From NCBI GenBank assembly GCA_045561295.1, contig JBJKYD010000010.1:92125-156124 (forward strand): DNA of 64,000 nt, read 5' to 3'. The stretch is from Gammaproteobacteria bacterium. GTDB lineage: Bacteria > Pseudomonadota > Gammaproteobacteria > GCA-002705445 > GCA-002716945. The first letter of the stretch is position 1, and every line of letters starts with the position of its first letter. Shown piece by piece: positions 1 to 9,015 of this stretch. The position numbers were made by a program, and so were the translations under genes. The notes below the pieces were generated by a model, which did not search any database, was not told the origin of the DNA, and was given only the letters and a program-made list of their open reading frames with translations.

Positions 1-385
1 TTGATCGATCTTCTCTATAGATAACGTACGCTCTTGCTACGTCTTGATAACCCGCTCTCATTATTGCTAGCTCAACTTGATCTTGAATATCCTCTATATG
101 AATAACGCCACCATTAGGAAATCTTCTTTTAATAGTGTGATCTACTTTGTCAGTTAAATTTTCTACTTCGTTATGTATTCTAGATGATGCAGCTGCGCTA
201 CTTCCCTCTATACTTAAAAATGCTTTCGTCATTGCAACAACAATCTTGTGTGAGTCATAAGCAGTCACCTTTCCATTTCTTCTCATTACACGATAAAGAC
301 CAGGAATTGGCTCTAACTGCGGAGCTTCTGCAACAGGCTTATTGATAGGCGAATCTATACTTATTTTTTCTCTTTCTTCTGACAT
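1..385 (-). CDS. nrdA: Ribonucleoside-diphosphate reductase alpha subunit, N-terminal part with ATP cone (runs off the window edge; not in the ORF track)
   Basis: Manual translation from ATG at 385: MSEEREKISIDSPINKPVAEAPQLEPIPGLYRVMRRNGKVTAYDSHKIVVAMTKAF...IHIEDIQDQVELAIMRAGYQDVARAYVIYRE, an ATP-cone signature; NrdR boxes lie upstream. Confidence 0.9.
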   Translation of the reverse strand, partial: MSEEREKISIDSPINKPVAEAPQLEPIPGLYRVMRRNGKVTAYDSHKIVVAMTKAFLSIEGSSAAASSRIHNEVENLTDKVDHTIKRRFPNGGVIHIEDIQDQVELAIMRAGYQDVARAYVIYREDRS

Positions 386-418
386 ATTCTCTCTCTGGTT
401 TGAGATGTTATGAGATTA

Positions 419-472
419 ATTGTACCACTAAATATTGTGGTATGTAATTACTAAAAACACTATATATTGTGT
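419..472 (-). promoter_or_regulatory. Two tandem NrdR boxes over the nrdA promoter
   Basis: CCACTAAATATTGTGG (425-440) and ACACTATATATTGTGT (457-472), 32 bp apart, match the NrdR consensus acaCwAtATaTwGtgt; extended -10 TGgTACAAT on the minus strand (hexamer 419-424). Confidence 0.85.
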
Positions 473-490
473 TTAAGTTTGTGATTTAGT

Positions 491-499
491 TGTGGATAA
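491..499 (-). promoter_or_regulatory. DnaA box upstream of nrdA
   Basis: TGTGGATAA is the reverse complement of the perfect box TTATCCACA; a one-mismatch copy lies at 523-531. Confidence 0.65.
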
Positions 500-553
500 G
501 TTGTGAAATCGTTGTATTTACTTGTATATAAGATAATCCCAATATACTGATTT

Positions 554-1921
554 TTACATCAGAAAAGTTGCGATTCCCAAAAGTGAGACGAAACCAACAA
601 CATCTGTGATAGTGGTCAAAATCACACCGCCTGCGAGAGCTGGATCGATATCAAGCTTCTCTAAAATAAGAGGTAAGCTCACGCCACTTATCGCACCTAC
701 AATTAAATTGATCATCAATGCTGCAGCAATCACTCCACCGAGGAACATGCTATCAAACCATAGATAAACAATTCCTGCTACAACGCCAGACCAAATGATT
801 CCATTTAATAATCCAATAGCAGACTCTTTATAGATGAGAAGTTTTGAGTTTGAGGATCCAATTTGATCAAGTGCTTGTGCTCTAATGACTAGTGCTAGAC
901 TTTGACTGCCCGCAATGCCACCCATACTTGCAACAATTGGCATTAAAATAGCTAAAGCTACAACTTTTTCTATTGTCGCTTCAAATATTCCAATGGCAGC
1001 GGCAGCTAAAAGTGCAGTGAGGAAGTTTGCGCCAAGCCATAATGTTCTTCTTTTAGTACTTTGTATGACAGGTGCAAAGATATCATCGTCCTTTTTAAGA
1101 CCCGCCATGTTTAATACACTTTCATCAACCTCTTCTCTAATGACATCGACTACATCATCGACTGTAATCCTACCTAATAAAAATCCTTGATTGTCCACCA
1201 CAGCAGCGGATACTAAATCTGCGTTTTCAAATCGTCTTGAGACTTCGTGTTCTCCTAAATCTGGATCAATAGGGTCTTCATCTTTTTTCATGATTTGGAA
1301 AACATATTTTGAGGGTTCTGCAACTAAGACATCTTTTAATGAGACGAACCCGTGATACATATTTATTCTGTCAGTTACAAATATTTTATCTGTTTGATCA
1401 GGTAAACTTTTCATTCGTCTTAAATATTTTAAAAGCACATCAACAGTTACATTACTTCTTATAGTAATGGTATCCGTGTTCATGAGCCCACCTGCTGTAC
1501 CGTCTTCAAACGACAAAACTTTTTCGAGTCTTTCCTGATTTTGTTTGGTAAGACTCTTAATCGCTTTTCTAGTTAAGCCTTTTGGAAGAGATTGGATAAT
1601 ATCTGCAAGGTCGTCAGAATCAAGCTTCTCTGCAATCTTTACTAGACCTTCAGTTCCGTCTTTATCAATAAGTTCATCAATTAAATTTTCTCGAACTTCA
1701 TCATGTAGCTCAGCGAGTGTCTCACCTTTATTTTCATCGGTAACTAATGTCCATAAAAGATCCCTTCTGTTACGAGGTGTACTTTCTATGACATCAGCAA
1801 TCTCAGATGGATATAGAGAATTGAGTAGATTTTTTGCTTTGATAACTGCGCCGCTATCAAGAACTTCTGAGAGTTGGTCAAGAGTGACAGTATTATCTTT
1901 ATTAATGCTTTCTGCAGGCAT
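554..1921 (-). CDS. mgtE: Magnesium transporter MgtE
   Basis: N-domain, CBS pair (TAGGLM, GRITVDDVVD) and membrane domain (PIVASMGGIAGSQ, DPALAGGVILTTITDVVGF). Confidence 0.95.
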   Translation of the reverse strand: MPAESINKDNTVTLDQLSEVLDSGAVIKAKNLLNSLYPSEIADVIESTPRNRRDLLWTLVTDENKGETLAELHDEVRENLIDELIDKDGTEGLVKIAEKLDSDDLADIIQSLPKGLTRKAIKSLTKQNQERLEKVLSFEDGTAGGLMNTDTITIRSNVTVDVLLKYLRRMKSLPDQTDKIFVTDRINMYHGFVSLKDVLVAEPSKYVFQIMKKDEDPIDPDLGEHEVSRRFENADLVSAAVVDNQGFLLGRITVDDVVDVIREEVDESVLNMAGLKKDDDIFAPVIQSTKRRTLWLGANFLTALLAAAAIGIFEATIEKVVALAILMPIVASMGGIAGSQSLALVIRAQALDQIGSSNSKLLIYKESAIGLLNGIIWSGVVAGIVYLWFDSMFLGGVIAAALMINLIVGAISGVSLPLILEKLDIDPALAGGVILTTITDVVGFVSLLGIATFLM

Positions 1922-1983
1922 TGGTCTGACCTCTCTTGATTTTGTTTATTTTTTACATATTCCTGAGACAAAGATAACACAAA

Positions 1984-2007
1984 GGGCCTACTTAAGTAAG
2001 TAGGCCC
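1984..2007 (-). terminator. Probable intrinsic terminator downstream of the porin gene
   Basis: Perfect 10-bp stem GGGCCTACTT/AAGTAGGCCC with a 4-nt loop, followed on the minus strand by TTTGTGTT. Confidence 0.65.
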
Positions 2008-2039
2008 CGATATATATAAATGAAATCTTTATCTTAAGA

Positions 2040-2101
2040 AGGCTAGCTGTCTATGAAATTAGGTTGGTTGTTAACGTCAAACTAATGGGGGCAGCTAGCC
2101 T
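2040..2101 (+). other. Long interrupted hairpin, candidate structured RNA
   Basis: AGGCTAGCTG (2040-2049) pairs with CAGCTAGCCT (2092-2101); an inner ATTAG/CTAAT helix follows; four G-U pairs form only on the plus strand. Confidence 0.4.
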
Positions 2102-2122
2102 CTCATCTAGATCCAAAGAGGA

Positions 2123-3255
2123 TTAGAAGTCATGTCTTAGACCAAAGATATAAGTTCTAAAGTCTGTTGTGTTATTATTTGCATCACCATCGTGATCAGA
2201 ATAACCTGCGTAGAATCTACTTGTCTTAGATAGCTTGTATTGCATACCTACGTTGTAAGCAGTTCCATCACCTTCTGTAGCAGATCCTGCATCAGATTCA
2301 GTATTAGCAATTGAATACTGAAGCTTCATTGGACCTGATGAGTAGTGAATACCATACCAATCTACTTCACCTTCTGAGCTGTCGAACATTTTGCTGTCAA
2401 TCTCAACATCTTCATGCATATACCATACTTTGACCTTTCTTTTATCAGCAAGTTTCATATCATATGTAATAGTATATTTTTTGTTTTCTTTGTCAGCACT
2501 GTGATCTGTGGTTCATTGCATACACAAGACTTAAGCCTTTAATACCTAAGTTTTTGTACTCAAGACCGTAACCATAGTCTTTCTTGTTGTTTGCAGAATA
2601 TGCAGCTTCGTCATGGTTACTGAAACCTCTAATAGCAGCAAATCTGAAGTTACCAGCTTTAAGCTCGTAAAAACCAGCTGTTCTCCAATAACCTGAATGA
2701 GACATACTACCTTGTGAGATACCACGTGTGTCTCTCATTTGCGCTAATGTATCATGCAAGATATCGTGTTTAGCAAGAAATTTATAAGGTGATTCCATAG
2801 AACCAAACTTAAATTGACCATATGGAGTTAAAAGACCTAACCAAGATTGTTTGTTGGTAAATGCATTTGCTTTAAACCCTGCTTCATTATCCCGAGTCAT
2901 TTGCAACATCTTCACCGTCTGTTCCAGATGAGTCTCCATCACCAAGATCTATCGCCCACTCAACTTTATAGTTGACTGAATAGCCATTGCCGATAGAGCT
3001 TTTACCTTTAAAGCCCATACGAGCCATACCTTCATCATCAAAGATTGTGGTGTTAGCTTCTCCACCGGCTTTTTTTGTATTACTGTATTGAGACCAAAGT
3101 CGACCATAAAGCTTCGCACTAGAGCCTTTTTTAAGAGCTGGAGATGCGACTGCTTCGTTTGGTTTGATGACAGAATTTGTCATAGCACCACCCGTGAAAC
3201 CGACTAAAGGAACTGCAAGTAAAGCAAGTACAAGATATTTTTGTAATTGTTTCAT
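2123..3255 (-). pseudogene. Gram-negative general porin split into three ORFs by two frameshifts (real lesions or assembly errors)
   Basis: Signal peptide, then KLYGRL, RMGFKGKSSIGNGYSVNYKVEW, QSWLGLLTPYGQFKFG and the C-terminal FGLRHDF beta-signal; frame changes near 2890 and 2505; about 376 aa if joined. Confidence 0.8.
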
Positions 3256-3347
3256 ATTTCCTCTTTGTTTAATAACGTTAAATTTTTCCCTAAATAAGGA
3301 ATAGTCAAAGGATATAAAACTAAAGTGAAAAGTTTTAATAAATGTAT

Positions 3348-3387
3348 ATGAAAGATTTATATATGAAATATGACAGAATTATGAATC
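3348..3387 (-). promoter_or_regulatory. Pho box array upstream of the porin
   Basis: Minus strand GATTCAT-aatt-CTGTCAT-attt-CATATAT-aaat-CTTTCAT, half-sites in exact 11-bp phase (consensus CTGTCAT-N4). Confidence 0.8.
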
Positions 3388-3390
3388 ATG

Positions 3391-3831
3391 TTAGGTTTCA
3401 TTTTTTTTTAATATAGCGTTTAACCTTGAGCCTATATCTTGATAAATTTCGAGTAATTTTTGTTTTCTCTCATTAAAGTCTACGATATCTGCAGGGTCTG
3501 AATAACTCCAGTGAAGATTGTTCAAACAGTTTGTATAGACAGGGCATGCATCTTTAGCGTTATCACAAACTGTAATTGCATAATCAAATTTATTGTTATT
3601 GCTCTCACTAAAAATATTAATGCTTTTAGATTTAAGCTTATTTATTGGATACCCCAACTCTTTTGCAATTTCTAAAGCAGCAGGATTAATTATACCTGTA
3701 GGGTTGGAGCCTGCAGAAAAACCTATGAAATATTCATTGGTCAGAAGATTAGCAGCCATTTCTCCCATAATAGAGCGTGCAGAATTACCAGTGCAGATAA
3801 ATAAAACACTATGTTGTTTGGGATAGCTCAT
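3391..3831 (-). CDS. arsC: Arsenate reductase, thioredoxin-coupled LMW-PTPase fold
   Basis: P-loop FICTGNSARS, SAGSNP, resolving cysteine pair TVCDNAKDACP and HWSYSDP. Confidence 0.85.
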   Translation of the reverse strand: MSYPKQHSVLFICTGNSARSIMGEMAANLLTNEYFIGFSAGSNPTGIINPAALEIAKELGYPINKLKSKSINIFSESNNNKFDYAITVCDNAKDACPVYTNCLNNLHWSYSDPADIVDFNERKQKLLEIYQDIGSRLNAILKKNET

Positions 3832-4720
3832 CTATTACACCTTCTCTTATCCCACCATTAGATTTATAGATATCAGATATATTGATTGTATTAATTATAC
3901 AATTGAGAATAACTAGGCTAGCTGGTAGAACACTCAGTCGATAGGAATCAATATAATTTTTTAATTCACTATTTTTTGATTGTATTTTTTTTGGATTATT
4001 CATTAGATCTAGAAAGTTTTCTTTAATTACAGCGCCTTTTGGTTTTTGTAATATTTGACAAGCGCGATAGGCTGTTTTAAATGATCCTGATGTTCCATAG
4101 ACCGCTTTATTATTTTTAAATGAAAGTTCAGAGACATTTTCTTTAGCCAAATGACTCTTAATGTAATCATTCGCTTCATTATATGGAAAAGTATTATAGC
4201 CTGAGTACATCTTTGTCAATGATGCACTTCCAATTTGGAGACTAATAATTTTAGATATTTTATTTTCACTAACTTTTATAATTTCTGTACTTGATCCTCC
4301 AATATCTAAAATAAAATATTTTTTTTCTTTCAAATCATTGGTGGATGAAACGCCCCTAAACGCAAGATACCCCTCTTCATCAGGACTGATGACATTAATT
4401 TGATGTCCTAAAATATTCTCAACATTTTTTACAAAAGATTGATCCTTTATGTTTCTAAAAGAATTAGTGGCAATAATTCTAAAGTTATCAGGTTTCTGAT
4501 TATCGATGATTTCCTTAAATTCACTGAAAAGTTGGAAGAATTTTTTTTCTTTGTATTTATTAATATGTCCTTTGAGGGTAGTTGAGGCGATAATATCTGT
4601 ATATTCCTTATATTTGAATATACTTTTGACTTCATTTTTTTTAAATGTAACAAATTTAATATTAAATGTGTTTGAACCTAAATCAAGCACGCCTACTTTC
4701 TTTTCTAATTCTTCAGTCAA
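3809..4720 (-). CDS. ppx: Exopolyphosphatase, Ppx/GppA family, short form without the C-terminal domain
   Basis: LDLGSNT, IATNSFR, EEGYLAFRG, DIGGSSTE and GGIREG motifs; TTG start with GGAG; overlaps ppk1. Confidence 0.88.
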   Translation of the reverse strand: MTEELEKKVGVLDLGSNTFNIKFVTFKKNEVKSIFKYKEYTDIIASTTLKGHINKYKEKKFFQLFSEFKEIIDNQKPDNFRIIATNSFRNIKDQSFVKNVENILGHQINVISPDEEGYLAFRGVSSTNDLKEKKYFILDIGGSSTEIIKVSENKISKIISLQIGSASLTKMYSGYNTFPYNEANDYIKSHLAKENVSELSFKNNKAVYGTSGSFKTAYRACQILQKPKGAVIKENFLDLMNNPKKIQSKNSELKNYIDSYRLSVLPASLVILNCIINTINISDIYKSNGGIREGVIDELSQTT

Positions 4721-6800
4721 CTAACGCTCCATGTATTTTACATAGCATATGTTGTGAGTGTTTCTTTTTATTTCCTTTTGATGGCATTTTTTTAATGTAT
4801 TTTCCAAATGAATCAAGCTTCCATAGCTTAACATTATCATTTCTTTGAAGTTCAAATGCTTCAAAAATGATACGGTCCATTTTTTCTTGTTCTAAAATTG
4901 GGAAAAATATCTCTACTCTATTGTGCATATTTCTAGTCATCCAATCTGCGCTTGATAAATAAAGTTTAGGTCTATTTTTATTACAAAAAATGAACACTCG
5001 TGAATGTTCCAAAAATCTTCCGATAGTTGAGTATACTTTAATATTTTCAGACAAACCAGAAATGCCAGGTTTTAATATACATTCTCCTCTTACGAAGAGT
5101 TCTATTTTTACACCTGCCTGTGATGCCTCATAGAGTTTATTAATAATTTTCCTTTCCGTGAGCTGATTCATCTTTATTTTGATGTAAGCATCATGCTTAT
5201 TTTTTTTATTTTCTATTTCATTTGATATCAATTTTATAACCTTCTTGCTACTGTCAATTGGGGATAAAAATAGATGATTATATTTGATATCTTTGTTTGA
5301 ACCCGTCAACTGAAGGAAAAATTTGTTTACATCAGCAGAAATTTCTTTATTGGCAGATATTAAACTGAAGTCGGTATATAATTTAGCTGTGTTTTCATGA
5401 TAATTGCCCGTTCCTAAATGAAAGTAATTAACAAGAGTCCCATTCTCCTTTCTAACTATTAATAGGGCTTTTGCATGGGTTTTAAAATTTTTAAGTCCAT
5501 AAGTTACTTGAACGCCTGCATCTTCAAGTTTTTTGGCTATTTTAATATTTGTTTCCTCATCAAATTTAGCTCTTAGCTCTATGACGACAGTGACAGCAAT
5601 ATCTTTTTTTGCAGCTTTCACAAGAGCATTAATAATCTTGGAATTAATAGCCGTTCTATATAATGTCTGCTTTATAGCGACGGTATTTTTATCTTTGACA
5701 GCTGCCTTGATAAAATCATTAATATGATCGAAGTCATTGTAAGGGTGATGTAATAAGATATCTTGATCCTTGATGTTATTAAAATAATCTTTACTATTTT
5801 TGAAACTAGACATGACAGGCTTTGGTTTATAAATCGGAAATTTAAGATTTTTTTTGTCAATATCCTCATAGATAGAATAGAACCGACTTAAATTAACAGG
5901 TCCATTAATTTTATAGATATCTAAGTCGCTTAAGAAATATTGGTTTTTAAGAAATTTTAGAATATCTTTAGGACAATCTTTAACTACCTCAAGTCTTACA
6001 GCTTCACTATACTTTCTATCAGGCAACAGTCTAGTAAGAGATTTCTTAATATCATTTAAATCTTCATCATCAAAAACCAAGTTACTATTCATTGTTACCC
6101 TGAATTGATGGCAGCCTCTAACTTTTAAACCCGGGAAAAGTTTATCTATGTTTTCATGGATTATTGAAGAGAGAAACATATAACAATCTTTATTATTTGA
6201 TATCTTTTTTGGTAGCTGTATGTATCTTGATAAGATTCTTGGCGCTGGGACAACGGCAAGTTTAGGACTGTTGCCAAAATCATCCGTTCCTTTAAGTTTA
6301 ATCATAAAATTTAAACTTTTATTTTGTATTTTTGGAAAAGGATGACTACCAACAATTTCTGGAGAATCTCCCTCAAGAATCATTGGATTAATTATAGGTA
6401 AAATATGTTCATCAAAATATTTATTTGCCCACTCTCTTTGATAAGAGTTGAGCTCTCTCCGTCTTAAAAAAATAATATTTTTTGTCCTTAGTGCTCTAAA
6501 TACACTTTTTTGAAGAAGATCATATTGTAGTTTAATAATAGAATTTGCTTTACGCCTAACATCTTTAAAAAGCTTAAGGTCACTCTCATCTGAAGAAGTT
6601 AAAAGACCATCAGAATATTTCAATTTCTTTCTAATAAAAGCTACTTTTATTTCAAAAAATTCGTCTAAATTACTATCTGCAATACACAAATATTTCAGTC
6701 TTTCGAGAATAGGCACTGATTTATCAGATGCTTGTAATACTACTCTCTTGTTGAACTCCAATAGACTGAGTTCTCTTATAAAGAAATTATTATCTGACAT
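4713..6800 (-). CDS. ppk1: Polyphosphate kinase 1
   Basis: RELSLLEFNKRV, DILLHHPY, KTHAK, GTGNYH, GRFLEHSR and SSADWMTRN motifs. Confidence 0.97.
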   Translation of the reverse strand: MSDNNFFIRELSLLEFNKRVVLQASDKSVPILERLKYLCIADSNLDEFFEIKVAFIRKKLKYSDGLLTSSDESDLKLFKDVRRKANSIIKLQYDLLQKSVFRALRTKNIIFLRRRELNSYQREWANKYFDEHILPIINPMILEGDSPEIVGSHPFPKIQNKSLNFMIKLKGTDDFGNSPKLAVVPAPRILSRYIQLPKKISNNKDCYMFLSSIIHENIDKLFPGLKVRGCHQFRVTMNSNLVFDDEDLNDIKKSLTRLLPDRKYSEAVRLEVVKDCPKDILKFLKNQYFLSDLDIYKINGPVNLSRFYSIYEDIDKKNLKFPIYKPKPVMSSFKNSKDYFNNIKDQDILLHHPYNDFDHINDFIKAAVKDKNTVAIKQTLYRTAINSKIINALVKAAKKDIAVTVVIELRAKFDEETNIKIAKKLEDAGVQVTYGLKNFKTHAKALLIVRKENGTLVNYFHLGTGNYHENTAKLYTDFSLISANKEISADVNKFFLQLTGSNKDIKYNHLFLSPIDSSKKVIKLISNEIENKKNKHDAYIKIKMNQLTERKIINKLYEASQAGVKIELFVRGECILKPGISGLSENIKVYSTIGRFLEHSRVFIFCNKNRPKLYLSSADWMTRNMHNRVEIFFPILEQEKMDRIIFEAFELQRNDNVKLWKLDSFGKYIKKMPSKGNKKKHSQHMLCKIHGALVD

Positions 6801-6812
6801 AGTGAAGATTGA

Positions 6813-7499
6813 TTATGATTGAGAATCTAAACTGTAGCCAGATGAGCGTATTGTCCTTATTACTTTGCATTCTTCGGTATTACTAAGTGCCTTTCTGAGA
6901 CGCCTTATATGAACATCAATAGTTCTATCCGTCACATAAACATTAGTTCCCCATACTGAATCTAAGATTTGCTGGCGAGAATAGACCCTTCCTGGGTGCC
7001 TCATCAAAAACTCTAATATACGATACTCTCTCGGTCCTAATTTTGCCTCTTCATCGCAACAGTAAACTCGATGAGTTCCGGTATCCATTTTTATGTTGCC
7101 ATATGATAGAACTGCATCTTGAGAATTGTCTGTACTTCTTCTCAGAAGCGCTTTTATTCTAGCTATTAACTCTGCAGGACTAAATGGTTTGGTTATATAG
7201 TCATCACAACCCATATCAAAACCAGATAACAGATCTTGCTCTTCTCCTTTGGCTGTAAGCATTATTATAGGTGTACTTTTTAAATCTTTATGACTCCTAA
7301 CAAACTTACATACTTCTGTGCCAGATATATCTGGTAGCATCCAATCAAGTAGTATTAAGTCTGGTTTTGATTTTTGAAGTTTCATCATCCCATCATATCC
7401 ATTTGGAGAATGTTGAAATTTATAACCTGCCGATTGAATATTGTATTCTAAAAGTGATACTAGCGCTTCTTCATCTTCAATAGAAAATATAGTTGTCAT
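6813..7499 (-). CDS. phoB: Phosphate regulon response regulator PhoB
   Basis: LLDWMLP receiver, DDYITKPFSP, VWGTNVYVTDRTIDVHIRRLRKAL; lies in the pst operon. Confidence 0.95.
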   Translation of the reverse strand: MTTIFSIEDEEALVSLLEYNIQSAGYKFQHSPNGYDGMMKLQKSKPDLILLDWMLPDISGTEVCKFVRSHKDLKSTPIIMLTAKGEEQDLLSGFDMGCDDYITKPFSPAELIARIKALLRRSTDNSQDAVLSYGNIKMDTGTHRVYCCDEEAKLGPREYRILEFLMRHPGRVYSRQQILDSVWGTNVYVTDRTIDVHIRRLRKALSNTEECKVIRTIRSSGYSLDSQS

Positions 7500-8224
7500 T
7501 TATTAGAATCCTCGAGTGCATCTTCTAGATTATTCTCTTTACTCTCAGGTTTAAGGTCTATATGTTCACCAGTGACTATGAAATGGATTTCCTCAGCAAT
7601 ATTACCAATGTGATCTCCCGCTCTTTCCAGTGTTTTTATTGCAAACAATAACTTTGTATAAGTAAGCAATCTAAGTTTAGTGACTTTACCTTTTATAAGG
7701 TCAACAATCTTCTCATAGATTACATTGTAGTTTTTATCTATCTCAAGATCATTTTTCAAAACTTCTTCTGCTTTTTTAATGTCTTTCGAGACATAAGCGT
7801 CTATTACTTTTTTGAGTTGGACTTGAACCAGATTGAGAAGTCTTAAAATATCATTTTTTATATGAGTCTCTGGAATTTCTTCAAGTGTCGCAACCCTCAT
7901 GGCTATGTTTTTTGCATAATCACCAAGTCTTTCTAAATCAGTAGAGATTCTCAAAGAGGTCAGGATATCTCGCAGATCAACAGCAACAGGCGACCTTAGA
8001 GTAATTAGTGTGATAACAGCATCTCTAATCTCTGCATCATAATTATCAAGCTTAGGCTCATTTTCTAGTATATCCTCAGTAGTTGATGGAGAACCCGTAT
8101 CGACAACGTGATAGAGCAATTTATATTGCTCTTCAACCAATGTCGCCATCTGTGTAGTTAGATGGATAACGTTAGCTATCTCTTCGTCAAATGATTTAAC
8201 TATGTGTTCTCTATAATCAGTCAT
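7496..8224 (-). CDS. phoU: Phosphate signalling protein PhoU
   Basis: PVAVDLR, DLERLGDYAKNIA and LERAGDHIGNIAE repeats. Confidence 0.96.
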   Translation of the reverse strand: MTDYREHIVKSFDEEIANVIHLTTQMATLVEEQYKLLYHVVDTGSPSTTEDILENEPKLDNYDAEIRDAVITLITLRSPVAVDLRDILTSLRISTDLERLGDYAKNIAMRVATLEEIPETHIKNDILRLLNLVQVQLKKVIDAYVSKDIKKAEEVLKNDLEIDKNYNVIYEKIVDLIKGKVTKLRLLTYTKLLFAIKTLERAGDHIGNIAEEIHFIVTGEHIDLKPESKENNLEDALEDSNK

Positions 8225-8244
8225 AATATTGATTATATATTATA

Positions 8245-9009
8245 TTACCCAATTCTACCTGTAATATAATCCTGAGTTTTTTCGTGCTGAGGATTTGAAA
8301 AAATAGTTTTAGTAAGTCCTGTTTCTACTAATTCGCCCATATGCATATAAGCAGTCCTGTCTGAAACTCTTGCTGCTTGTTGCATAGAGTGGGTAACAAT
8401 CACTATTGTATATTGCTGTTTTAGCTCTGCTATTAGGTCTTCTATTTTAGCAGTAGCAATTGGATCCAATGCAGAACAAGGCTCATCCATCAAAAGTATC
8501 TGTGGATTAACCGCTAATGCACGAGCAATACATAATCTTTGTTGCTGGCCACCCGACAGTCCTGTCCCGGGCTCAAATAATCTATCCTTAACTTCCTCAT
8601 ATAGTCCTGATTTAGATAAACTTTGAATGACAATATGATCCAATTCTTCTTTTGATTTTGCCATACCATGTAGTTTAGGGCCGAACGCAACATTGTCATA
8701 TATTGATTTAGGAAATGGATTTGGCTTTTGAAAAACCATACCTATTTTCATTCTTAAGAGCACAGGATCTTGAGAAGCTTCATTTATATCTTGAGAGTCT
8801 AATAAAATCTGTCCGCGTATTTTACAAATCTCAACAAGATCATTCATCCTATTGATACATTTTAATAATGTAGACTTCCCGCAACCTGATGGTCCAATGA
8901 GTGAAGTAACCTCTTTTTCCATTATATTTAGATTAACATTAAATAAAGCCTGCTTATCACCATAATGAACGTCTAAATTTTTAATTGATACTTTTAAATT
9001 TTCAGCCAT
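8245..9009 (-). CDS. pstB: Phosphate ABC transporter ATPase
   Basis: [34 protein letters not shown] and the C-terminal YITGRIG. Confidence 0.97.
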   Translation of the reverse strand: MAENLKVSIKNLDVHYGDKQALFNVNLNIMEKEVTSLIGPSGCGKSTLLKCINRMNDLVEICKIRGQILLDSQDINEASQDPVLLRMKIGMVFQKPNPFPKSIYDNVAFGPKLHGMAKSKEELDHIVIQSLSKSGLYEEVKDRLFEPGTGLSGGQQQRLCIARALAVNPQILLMDEPCSALDPIATAKIEDLIAELKQQYTIVIVTHSMQQAARVSDRTAYMHMGELVETGLTKTIFSNPQHEKTQDYITGRIG

Positions 9010-9015
9010 ATATTT

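Noticed and set aside
1953-1964. AGGA-at-ATG-TAA start-stop element in the mgtE leader (minus strand)
   Set aside because: The SD-to-ATG spacing of 2 nt is too short, and the motif is easily produced by chance in AT-rich DNA.
2040-2101. Hairpin as SRP RNA or an M-box riboswitch, and the 10-codon ORF MKLGWLLTSN (2053-2085) inside it
   Set aside because: It lacks the SRP CAGG/GNRA/AGCAG motif, is too short for an M-box and folds best on the wrong strand for mgtE; the mini-ORF has no convincing SD.
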